Assembly (NCBI GenBank): GCA_043754535.1
Contig: JAYUUN010000029.1
Span: 1-52,796 of the forward strand
From: Chloroflexota bacterium
Lineage (GTDB): Bacteria > Chloroflexota > Chloroflexia > QHBQ01
Reading direction: 5' to 3'
DNA length: 52,796 bases
Numbering within the stretch: position 1 is the first letter of the stretch; each line of letters opens with the position of its first letter. Positions 38,843 to 47,118 of this stretch are shown here, one piece after another. The translations under genes were made by a program, and so were the position numbers. The notes beneath the pieces are model-generated. The model did not search any database and had not been told where the DNA came from. It saw only the letters and a program-made list of their open reading frames with translations.

Positions 38843-38872
38843 ATTATAACCGAAGGCAGCGGCGGCTGTCAA
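38843..38872 (-). promoter_or_regulatory. Consensus sigma70 promoter of the S-box operon
   Basis: Minus strand TTGACA-N18-TATAAT just upstream of the riboswitch. Confidence 0.85.
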
Positions 38873-39046
38873 TTGTGGGCGTGGTGCAAAGTAGCCATTG
38901 CTGCTGCCACTGTGAGCAGCCGTTCGCCCCTGCGTATTTGAACATTGCCCACCTGATCTGTTAATATTAGAGGCAGGAAATAGGTGCAACGCGGCACTGC
39001 TTTTGCTTACACTATAACCTATCACATCTGCAAAGAGGAGATGTCT

Positions 39047-41167
39047 ATGACAACCATGCTGGCGCGGGCTGGGGAGCAGCACGCGAACGAAACCGAGCAA
39101 CTGGCGATCAATACGATCCGCGCCCTCTCGATTGACGGTGTGCAGCAGGCGAACAGCGGCCACCCTGGTGCGCCTCTCGGTCAGGCGGCTATTGCCTACG
39201 TGCTGTGGCACAAGTACTTGCACCACAACCCACGCAACCCCAAATGGGCTGACCGCGACCGCTTTATCCTTAGCTCAGGTCACGGCTCGATGCTACTCTA
39301 CAGCCTCCTCTACCTGACTGGCTACGACCTCAGCCTGGACGACCTCAAGGCCTTCCGCACCTGGGAGAGCAAGACCCCAGGCCACCCAGAGTTCAACCAC
39401 ACCGCTGGGGTGGAGACAACCACTGGCCCTCTGGGTCAGGGTTTCAGCAACGGGGTGGGCATGGCGATGGCCGAGGCGCACTTGGCGGCGGTCTTCAACA
39501 AGGCGGGCCATGAGGTCGTCAACCACTACACCTACGCGATCTGTAGCGATGGTGACTTGGAGGAGGGCATCAGCCACGAGGCCGCTTCCCTGGCGGGCCA
39601 CCTCAAGCTGGGCAAGCTGATCTACTTCTATGACGACAACCACATCAGCATTGAGGGCGACACCGATATCACCTTCACCGACGATACAGGCCGCCGCTTT
39701 GAGGCTTATGGCTGGCACGTGCAGCACATTGACGGCCACGACCTGGAGGAGATCGACAACGCGCTGGAAGAAGCACACAAAGACGCACGCCCCAGCCTGA
39801 TCATCGCTCGCACCCACATTGGCTTTGGCTCGCCGGTGCAGGACAGTGACAAGGCGCACGGCAGCCCCCTGGGTCCTGATGGGGTGAAGGCAACGAAGGA
39901 GAACCTAGGCTACCCTAGCCTCGAACCCTTCTACGTGGACGAAGGCGCGCTGAAGGATTGGCGTACGGCGGTGGAGAAGGGCGCGCAGCTTGAGCAGGGC
40001 TGGAACGAGAAGTTTGCTGCCTACCGCAGCGAGTACCCCCACGAGGCCGCCGAGTTTGAGCGGCGCATGGCAGGCAAGCTGCCAGAGGGCTGGGCCAACG
40101 ATCTGCCCACCTTTACCCCAGAGAGTGGCGAGATCGCGGGCCGCGACAGCAGCAACAAGGTGCTGGTCTACCTCTCTGCCAAACTGCCCGAACTGATCGG
40201 CGGCTCGGCTGACCTCGGCACCAGCAATGGCACCTACGTCAAGACCGAATTGAGCTACGGCCCCGACAGCTACCAGAAGCGCAACATCCACTTTGGCGTG
40301 CGCGAACACAATATGGGCGGCGTGGTGGTTGGCATGAGTGAGCATGGTGGCGTGCGCCCCTTCGGGGCTACCTTCCTCATCTTCTACGACTATATGCGCC
40401 CACCAGTACGTCTCGCTGCCCTCAGCCGCATCAACCCGCTGTTCGTCTACACCCACGATAGCTTCTACGAGGACGGCCCAACCCACGGCCCAGTCGAGCA
40501 ACTGATGGGGATGCGGATGGTGCCAAATACCCTCTCCTTCCGCCCCGCTGACGGCAACGAGGTGGCGGCTAGCTGGAAGTGCATGATCGAGCAAACCGCC
40601 CGCCCTGGCATCATCATCCTCGGTCGCCAGAAACTACCGAACCTGGCCGAGACGGTGGGCAAGGCGATAGAGGGAGTAGCGAAGGGTGCCTACGTCCTCA
40701 GCGAGAGCGAGGGTGCCAACGGCAACCCAGATGTTGTCTTGATCGCCACTGGTAGCGAAGTGAGCCTGGCGATCAAGAGCAAGCCGGAGCTTGAGCAGCA
40801 GGGTCTCAAGGTGCGGGTGGTCAGTATGCCTGCCTGGAACCTCTTTGAGGAGCAAGAGCAGAGCTACCGCGACCAGGTGTTGCCACCAAGCGTCAAGTTG
40901 CGGCTGGCTATCGAGGCTGGCTCCCCCTTCGGCTGGGAACGCTGGGTTGGCAGCGAAGGGGGAGTAATCGGCATCAATCGCTTCGGCGTGTCCGCTTCCA
41001 GCACCGTCAGCATGGAGAAGTTCGGCTTCAACGTGGATAACGTAGTGCAGACCGTGACCAAGATGCTCGCCAAGAGCAAGGACACTAACAGCAAGGCTCA
41101 GGAGCAGGTGCAGTCGCAAGATGGCAGTACCAGCGTCGGTGGCGCAGACACCAGCCGCGACTCGTAG
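39047..41167 (+). CDS. tkt: Transketolase
   Basis: [61 protein letters not shown]. Confidence 0.97.
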   Translation: MTTMLARAGEQHANETEQLAINTIRALSIDGVQQANSGHPGAPLGQAAIAYVLWHKYLHHNPRNPKWADRDRFILSSGHGSMLLYSLLYLTGYDLSLDDLKAFRTWESKTPGHPEFNHTAGVETTTGPLGQGFSNGVGMAMAEAHLAAVFNKAGHEVVNHYTYAICSDGDLEEGISHEAASLAGHLKLGKLIYFYDDNHISIEGDTDITFTDDTGRRFEAYGWHVQHIDGHDLEEIDNALEEAHKDARPSLIIARTHIGFGSPVQDSDKAHGSPLGPDGVKATKENLGYPSLEPFYVDEGALKDWRTAVEKGAQLEQGWNEKFAAYRSEYPHEAAEFERRMAGKLPEGWANDLPTFTPESGEIAGRDSSNKVLVYLSAKLPELIGGSADLGTSNGTYVKTELSYGPDSYQKRNIHFGVREHNMGGVVVGMSEHGGVRPFGATFLIFYDYMRPPVRLAALSRINPLFVYTHDSFYEDGPTHGPVEQLMGMRMVPNTLSFRPADGNEVAASWKCMIEQTARPGIIILGRQKLPNLAETVGKAIEGVAKGAYVLSESEGANGNPDVVLIATGSEVSLAIKSKPELEQQGLKVRVVSMPAWNLFEEQEQSYRDQVLPPSVKLRLAIEAGSPFGWERWVGSEGGVIGINRFGVSASSTVSMEKFGFNVDNVVQTVTKMLAKSKDTNSKAQEQVQSQDGSTSVGGADTSRDS

Positions 41168-41232
41168 GGTTGTAGCTTCGCATCTTCTTGCAAGGGCGTG
41201 ATAAACCACGCCCCTGCGGATAGGAGTTCATA

Positions 41233-41652
41233 ATGTATAGCACATTCCTTGTGCTGCTGCCGCCAACTTATGTGGATAATGAAGAAGCAATTTATGTACG
41301 TATTGAAGAACTAGCGACACCTTACCTGTCTAGCAGTTTTGATGACGCTGCTGAGGCGGAACTTAACCGTCTTAGCCATGAGAACTTGCCTGAGCTGCGT
41401 CGTGTTGCTAAACCAATGTTCGACTACTTCTATGTTGAGAAAGAGTTCCCAGAGAGCATAGTATTTGTTAGTAAGCTACCTCCTGACTTTATCCCCGTTG
41501 CCGTCCTTACTCCTGATGGTGTCATGCATGGTGACGAGAAGTACAACATATTTGTTTACAACAGTGACGATCCTTACTGGCTAGCTGAGTATCGCCGCGT
41601 GCTAAGCGACTACCCCGATCATCTGGCGGTGGCGGTTGGTTGCCACCACTAG
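41233..41652 (+). CDS. Hypothetical acidic protein, lower GC than neighbours
   Basis: RBS AGGAG; C-terminal AVLTPDG..W..VAVGCH pattern. Confidence 0.75.
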   Translation: MYSTFLVLLPPTYVDNEEAIYVRIEELATPYLSSSFDDAAEAELNRLSHENLPELRRVAKPMFDYFYVEKEFPESIVFVSKLPPDFIPVAVLTPDGVMHGDEKYNIFVYNSDDPYWLAEYRRVLSDYPDHLAVAVGCHH

Positions 41653-41669
41653 GACAAGCGATCATGGTC

Positions 41670-41678
41670 TGGTACAAT
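41670..41678 (+). promoter_or_regulatory. Extended -10 candidate before tal
   Basis: TG-G-TACAAT about 55 nt upstream of the start. Confidence 0.45.
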
Positions 41679-41734
41679 TCATGCGAGGAACGTTTGACGA
41701 CAACACAACGGTTTAGATAGAAAGAGGTTCTCTG

Positions 41735-42970
41735 ATGAGCAACAGCACTAACGGCAAGAGCCTGCTAGCCCAGATCGGCGACTACGGCCAGAGCGTCTGG
41801 TACGACAACATTAGTCGCGGGCTGATCAGCAGCGGCGGCATCCAGAAGTTGATCGACGAGGGCATCGTTGGCATGACTTCCAACCCCGCCATCTTCGAGA
41901 AGGCGATGAGCGAGGGGAGCGACTACGACGAGGCATTTGAGGAACTGGTGAGCGAGGGCAAGGACACTAACGCGATCTTCCAGGCTCTCAGCGTAGACGA
42001 TATCGGCCACGCCGCCGACATCCTGCGCCCGGTCTACCAGCGCACGAACGGGCTGGACGGCTACATTAGTATCGAAGTCAGCCCCGAACTCGCGCATGAC
42101 AGCGAAGGGACGCTGAAGGAAGCGCGCACCCTGCTGGGCCTACTCAACCGCCCCAACATCATGATTAAGATACCCGCTACCCCAGAGGGCATCCCCGCCA
42201 TTCGTCAGATGACCGCCGAGGGTGCGAACGTCAATATTACCCTGATCTTCGGCATGGCGCAGTACGAGGACGTGATGGAGGCCTACATCAGCGGGCTGGA
42301 AGATCGCCTGAAGATGAGTAGGCCGGTTGACCATATCCACTCGGTTGCCAGCTTCTTCGTCAGCCGGGTAGATACGCTGATCGACAAGCGATTGGACGAG
42401 ATTGCCAAGTCTGACCCCGCGAAGGCAGAGGAGGCGAAGGCACTGCTGGGCAAGGCGGCCATCGCCAACGCGCGTATTGCCTACCAGAACTTTGAGCAGA
42501 AGTTCAGTGGCCCACGTTGGCAGGCACTAAAGGCGCATGGAGCCAACCTGCAACGCCCCCTCTGGGCCAGCACCAGCACTAAGAACCCGGCCTACCCTGA
42601 TACGATCTACGCCGACGCGCTGATCGGCCCGAGCACGGTAGACACCATGCCGCAGGTGACGGTGGATGCAATGCGTGACCACGGTCACCCTGCTGACCGG
42701 ATCAAGGAAGACCTGCCGCAGCAGCACGATTATATCAAGCGGTTGGCGGCTATCGGTATTGACATTGAAGCAGTGGCCGCTGAGTTGCAAACCCAAGGGG
42801 TCAAGCTGTTTGCTGACGCGTTCGACAAGCTGCGCCAGTCGCTCTCGACTAAGCGCGAGGCAATCATTGCCCGCCAGCAAGGGGACGACGCAAAGGCTGA
42901 CCACAAGGAAGCCGTAGCTAGCGACCAGACTGCCGCCGCAAAGGACAGCTACACAGCAGCGAACAAGTAA
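41735..42970 (+). CDS. tal: Transaldolase
   Basis: SVWYDN, GMTSNPAIF, SIEVSP, MIKIPAT, NVNITLIF, VASFFVSRVD, RPLWASTSTK. Confidence 0.97.
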   Translation: MSNSTNGKSLLAQIGDYGQSVWYDNISRGLISSGGIQKLIDEGIVGMTSNPAIFEKAMSEGSDYDEAFEELVSEGKDTNAIFQALSVDDIGHAADILRPVYQRTNGLDGYISIEVSPELAHDSEGTLKEARTLLGLLNRPNIMIKIPATPEGIPAIRQMTAEGANVNITLIFGMAQYEDVMEAYISGLEDRLKMSRPVDHIHSVASFFVSRVDTLIDKRLDEIAKSDPAKAEEAKALLGKAAIANARIAYQNFEQKFSGPRWQALKAHGANLQRPLWASTSTKNPAYPDTIYADALIGPSTVDTMPQVTVDAMRDHGHPADRIKEDLPQQHDYIKRLAAIGIDIEAVAAELQTQGVKLFADAFDKLRQSLSTKREAIIARQQGDDAKADHKEAVASDQTAAAKDSYTAANK

Positions 42971-43013
42971 ACTACCTTTCTGCTAGCCATCCAAGAACTA
43001 GAGAGGAGAGCAT

Positions 43014-44603
43014 ATGGATTTGCAAGCTGAGACCAAAGTCGTATTGGACAAGCTGATCGCCGACCACTTCTGCGCCCGTGCTGTGCAGCGCGATAGTAGC
43101 CTCTGGACGACCAGTGCCAGCGAGGAGGAGAAGCCCGAACACTGGCTGGGCTGGATGACCATCGCTGACACCATGCTGGCGAAGGTAGACGAACTGACTC
43201 TGCTGGCCGACACGCTGCGCGACGAAGGCTACCGCGACGTGGTGCTGCTGGGCATGGGTGGCAGCAGCCTGGCCGCCGAGGTGATGAACCGCACCTTCGG
43301 CAGCAAGCCCGGCTACCCTACCCTGCACGTGCTGGATACCACCGACCCCACCGCGATCAACGATGTGGAGCAGAAGATCGCCCAGGGTCTCACCCTATTT
43401 ATCGTCAGTAGCAAGTCAGGCGGCACCATCGAGCCGAACTCGCTCTACCAACACTTCAAGCAGTTTGTGGAGCAACAAGGTTCCAATATGCCAACCGGCC
43501 AGCACTTTGTGGCGATCACTGACCCTGGTAGCAGCCTGGAGGCTTTGGCCGAGCGCGACGGCTTCCGCCAGACCTTTCATGGCGAACCGACGATTGGAGG
43601 CCGCTACTCCGCTCTATCCTACTTCGGCCTCGTTCCCGCCGCCCTGATCGGGGTGGATGTGCGCGAATTGCTGACCCGTGCTAGCGCAATGGCCGCTCGC
43701 TGCAACCAATGCGACGCGCAGAGTCCTGGCTTGCTGTTGGGGGCAAGCATGGGCGCGGCCTGGCAGAGTAAGCGCGATAAGCTGACCATCATCGTACCGC
43801 CCGCCCTCGCCAGCTTCGGCCTCTGGGCCGAGCAGTTGATCGCCGAGAGTACCGGCAAGGAAGGTAAAGGCATCGTCCCCATCGCGGGGGAGCCGCTCGC
43901 CGCGCCTGCATCGTACGGGGATGACCGCCTGTTCGTCAGCCTCGAACTGCCAGAGGCAGACGAGCAGAGCCAGAGCAAGTTGCAGGCGATTGAGGCTAGC
44001 GGCCAGCCAGTCTACCGTCTGCCGATCAAGGACACCAGCGACCTCGGCGCGCAGTTCTACCTGTGGGAGTATGCCACCGCTGTCGCTGGCGCAGTGCTAG
44101 GCATCAACGCCTTCGATCAGCCCAACGTCACCGAGAGCAAGAACAACACGAGCGCGATCCTCAAGCAGTTTGTGGCCGAGGGCACGTTGCCCCTCGCGCA
44201 ACCGTCTGCCCACCAGCTATCCGACCTGCTAGCGGGGGTAGAGCCAGGCGACTATGTGGCGATCATGGCCTACACCAACCCGACTGCCGACCACGAGCGG
44301 CTGTTGCGAAAGTTGCGCGGCCAAATCCAGAGCAAGTACAAGGTAGCTACCACCCTCGGCTTCGGCCCGCGCTTCCTGCACTCCACCGGCCAACTGCATA
44401 AGGGTGGAGCAAACAACGGCGTGTTCCTCCAGATCGTCACTTCTGACCCACACGATGAGCAGATACCGGGTCAGCCCTACGGCTTCAGTGTGCTAAAGCA
44501 GGCTCAGGCTCTGGGTGACTACCAGTCGCTACTAGCGCACGAGCGGCGCGTGCTGCGCCTTGAACTCAGCGACCTCAATGACCTGGCCCAGCTTGCAGTC
44601 TAG
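43014..44603 (+). CDS. pgi: Glucose-6-phosphate isomerase of the type often fused to transaldolase
   Basis: LGW, LGMGGSSL, SSKSGGTIE, ITDPGS, GGRYSALS, QLIAESTGKEGKG, FDQPNV, GPRFLHSTGQLHKGG. Confidence 0.93.
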   Translation: MDLQAETKVVLDKLIADHFCARAVQRDSSLWTTSASEEEKPEHWLGWMTIADTMLAKVDELTLLADTLRDEGYRDVVLLGMGGSSLAAEVMNRTFGSKPGYPTLHVLDTTDPTAINDVEQKIAQGLTLFIVSSKSGGTIEPNSLYQHFKQFVEQQGSNMPTGQHFVAITDPGSSLEALAERDGFRQTFHGEPTIGGRYSALSYFGLVPAALIGVDVRELLTRASAMAARCNQCDAQSPGLLLGASMGAAWQSKRDKLTIIVPPALASFGLWAEQLIAESTGKEGKGIVPIAGEPLAAPASYGDDRLFVSLELPEADEQSQSKLQAIEASGQPVYRLPIKDTSDLGAQFYLWEYATAVAGAVLGINAFDQPNVTESKNNTSAILKQFVAEGTLPLAQPSAHQLSDLLAGVEPGDYVAIMAYTNPTADHERLLRKLRGQIQSKYKVATTLGFGPRFLHSTGQLHKGGANNGVFLQIVTSDPHDEQIPGQPYGFSVLKQAQALGDYQSLLAHERRVLRLELSDLNDLAQLAV

Positions 44604-44617
44604 CCCATCACCACCAC

Positions 44618-44642
44618 AAGCCCCCTCTACCAGAGGGGGCTT
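44618..44642 (+). terminator. Hairpin after pgi
   Basis: aagccccctct-acc-agagggggctt. Confidence 0.7.
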
Positions 44643-44750
44643 CATTGTGCATGACGGTAGGTGACCTTACCAAAACCTTACCAAAAGCGGCGAGGCTGGA
44701 GGGGCATATAGGACTTAAGTACCATTTACTGAAATAGCCCAACAGAGCTA

Positions 44751-44778
44751 TTGCAAACCGTTGCGAATATGTTATAAT
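44751..44778 (+). promoter_or_regulatory. Promoter of the flp pilin gene
   Basis: TTGCAA-N16-TATAAT with TG extension. Confidence 0.65.
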
Positions 44779-44845
44779 ACAGATAGCACCGGGACGCACC
44801 GGACGCAATCATCATCAAGGTATTAAACCAGAAGGAGCTTATCCC

Positions 44846-44989
44846 ATGAAGGACCTCAAGAAGAAGGGTCAAGGCCTCGTCGAGTACGCCCTGATCCTCG
44901 TGCTGGTAGCTATTATCGTCATCGTCATCCTCACCCTGCTCGGCGGCAAGGTCAACCAGACCTTCAGCACCATCGCCAGCGCCCTCTAA
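44846..44989 (+). CDS. flp: Flp/Fap type IVb prepilin, 47 aa (not in ORF track)
   Basis: RBS AAGGAG; MKDLKKKG|QGLVEYALILVLVAIIVIVILTLLGGKVNQTFSTIASAL*, with the G|xxxxEY Flp motif and late Phe. Confidence 0.95.
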   Translation: MKDLKKKGQGLVEYALILVLVAIIVIVILTLLGGKVNQTFSTIASAL

Positions 44990-45012
44990 TCTGGCTCACT
45001 AGCCAGGTAAGC

Positions 45013-45044
45013 AGAGACCTTCCTTCGGGAGGGTCTTTTCTTTT
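45013..45044 (+). terminator. Intrinsic terminator after flp
   Basis: agaccttcc-ttcg-ggagggtct followed by tttctttt. Confidence 0.85.
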
Positions 45045-45201
45045 GTCCCCAAAGCGGGTAGCAGCACTTGTCCATCCTCAGCAGTAGCCTGCTGCTTTGC
45101 ACACCCTCACCTGATCCGTTATAATACACCCACATTCGGGCATGGCCGCCCGCTTCCAGAACTGGGGAGCGGGCCATTGCATCTTTGAGGAGGACTCTCT
45201 A

Positions 45202-47037
45202 GTGGCAGCAGAGCAGCGGACGTGGTGTGGGTCGCTCACGGCGGCGGAAGCCGGGCGCACAGTGCGCGTGGCAGGCTGGGTCAACCGACGGCGAGACATG
45301 GGCGGGCTGATCTTTATTGACCTGCGCGACCGCAGCGGCGTGGTGCAGGTAGTCTGCGACCGTTCGCGCAATCCGCAGGCCGCTGACCTGGCCGCCGACG
45401 TGCGGAACGAGTTTGTCCTCTCTGTCGTCGGCACGGTGGTCGAGCGCAAACCGGGCATGGCGAACCCCAACCTTGCTACAGGTGGCATCGAGATCATTGT
45501 CGAGCAGGTGCAAATCCTCAACACGGCCAAGCCCTTGCCCTTCGAGCTAGCCGAGGGCGACCGGGTGGACGAGCTACTGCGCCTCAAATATCGCTACCTT
45601 GATTTGCGCCGCCCAGTGATGCACGAGAGGATAGCCCTGCGCCATCGCACGATCAAGTTTATGCGCGACTACCTGGACGAGCGCGGCTTCTACGAGATAG
45701 AGACCCCCATCCTCGGTCGTAGCACACCAGAGGGCGCGCGCGACTACCTGGTGCCTAGCAGAGTACACGCGGGCGAGTTCTATGCTCTGCCCCAGTCACC
45801 GCAGCAACTCAAGCAACTGCTGATGGTCGGCGGCATCGAACGCTACTTCCAGGTAGCGCGCTGCTTCCGTGACGAGGATCAGCGCGCCGACCGCCAGCCA
45901 GAGTTTACCCAGTTGGATGTAGAGATGAGCTTCGTTGGTCAAGAGGAGGTGCTGCAACTGGCGGAGGCTCTGCTGACTGCCACTAGCGAGCGGGTCTCTA
46001 ACAAGCAGGTGCTGCACAAGCCTTTCCCACGCCTGACCTATGCTGAGGCAATACGGAAGTACGGCAGCGACAAGCCAGATTTGCGCTTCGCTATGGAGAT
46101 TAGCGACCTGAGCGAGATCGTCAAAGATAGCCCGTTCAAGGTCTTTAGCGAGGCGGTTGTGGGCGGCAGCGTTGTGCGTGGCCTGGTTGCCCCCGCCTGT
46201 GCCGACTACACGCGCAAGCAGCTTGACGAACTGACAGAGTTGGTCAAGCGGTTTGGCGCACGCGGCTTGGTCTGGCTGGCGGTCGAGAACCGCACGATTG
46301 ACGGCGAAGGTGGCAGTCGTTGGCAGGTTCGTACCAGCGCGAAGGCCATCGCTCAGCATGAAGTAGACGCGATGGTGGAGCAGATGGGCGCAGGGCTGGG
46401 CGACCTGTTGCTGCTCGTTGCCGACCGGGAGACGGTAGCCGCCAATGCGCTCGGCAGGCTACGGAGCGAGATGGGTCGCCGCCTCAACCTGGCCGACCCT
46501 AACACGCTCGCCTTCGCCTTCGTCCTCGACTTCCCCATGTTCGCCTGGAACGCAGAGGAGGGTCGTTGGGATGCCGAACATCATCCATTCTGCTCGATCA
46601 ACCCAGAGGACATGGCGCAGTTGGACAGCGACCCTGGCAGTGTGCGCGCCGCTAGCTACGACGCAGTTTGCAACGGCTACGAGATTATGAGTGGCAGCGT
46701 GCGCATCCACGAGCGCGAGTTGCAGGAGCGCGTCTTCGGCCTGCTCAACTACACGCGGGAGCAAGCCTGGGCGCGCTTCAGCACCATGCTAGAGGCGTTT
46801 GAGTATGGTGCGCCACCCCACGCAGGCTTCGCTTACGGCCTCGACCGCCTGATCGCTATCTACACTGACAGCGACAGCATCCGCGACGTGATCGCCTTCC
46901 CCAAGACAGTCAGTGCGCTGGATATGCTAATGGCCGCGCCCGCCGCTGTGGACGACCGCCAGTTGCAAATCCTGCATATCGACCTCGATCAGCCGACACG
47001 CCAGGCCCAACAAGCCGCCGCTGAACCAGAAGCCTGA
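45202..47037 (+). CDS. aspS: Aspartate--tRNA ligase
   Basis: FIDLRDRSG, RLKYRYLDLR, TPEGARDYLVP, LPQSPQ, FRDED..RQPEFTQLD, HHPF, GAPPH.G...GLDR; GTG after GAGGAGG. Confidence 0.98.
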   Translation: MAAEQRTWCGSLTAAEAGRTVRVAGWVNRRRDMGGLIFIDLRDRSGVVQVVCDRSRNPQAADLAADVRNEFVLSVVGTVVERKPGMANPNLATGGIEIIVEQVQILNTAKPLPFELAEGDRVDELLRLKYRYLDLRRPVMHERIALRHRTIKFMRDYLDERGFYEIETPILGRSTPEGARDYLVPSRVHAGEFYALPQSPQQLKQLLMVGGIERYFQVARCFRDEDQRADRQPEFTQLDVEMSFVGQEEVLQLAEALLTATSERVSNKQVLHKPFPRLTYAEAIRKYGSDKPDLRFAMEISDLSEIVKDSPFKVFSEAVVGGSVVRGLVAPACADYTRKQLDELTELVKRFGARGLVWLAVENRTIDGEGGSRWQVRTSAKAIAQHEVDAMVEQMGAGLGDLLLLVADRETVAANALGRLRSEMGRRLNLADPNTLAFAFVLDFPMFAWNAEEGRWDAEHHPFCSINPEDMAQLDSDPGSVRAASYDAVCNGYEIMSGSVRIHERELQERVFGLLNYTREQAWARFSTMLEAFEYGAPPHAGFAYGLDRLIAIYTDSDSIRDVIAFPKTVSALDMLMAAPAAVDDRQLQILHIDLDQPTRQAQQAAAEPEA

Positions 47038-47060
47038 ACGCGGTAGGCCAGTAGACTGCA

Positions 47061-47101
47061 AAGGAAGGGGCGCACCCATCGTGGGTGCGCCCCTCTTTCT
47101 T
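47061..47101. terminator. Bidirectional terminator between aspS and the SLH gene
   Basis: aggggcgcaccca-tcg-tgggtgcgcccct with purine-rich and pyrimidine-rich flanks. Confidence 0.8.
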
Positions 47102-47118
47102 GCTCGGTAAGTGGCGAT

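Noticed and set aside
45120..45201. T-box leader upstream of aspS
   Set aside because: The leader is about 75 nt with one hairpin (cccgcttcca-gaac-tggggagcggg) and no T-box consensus or specifier stem.
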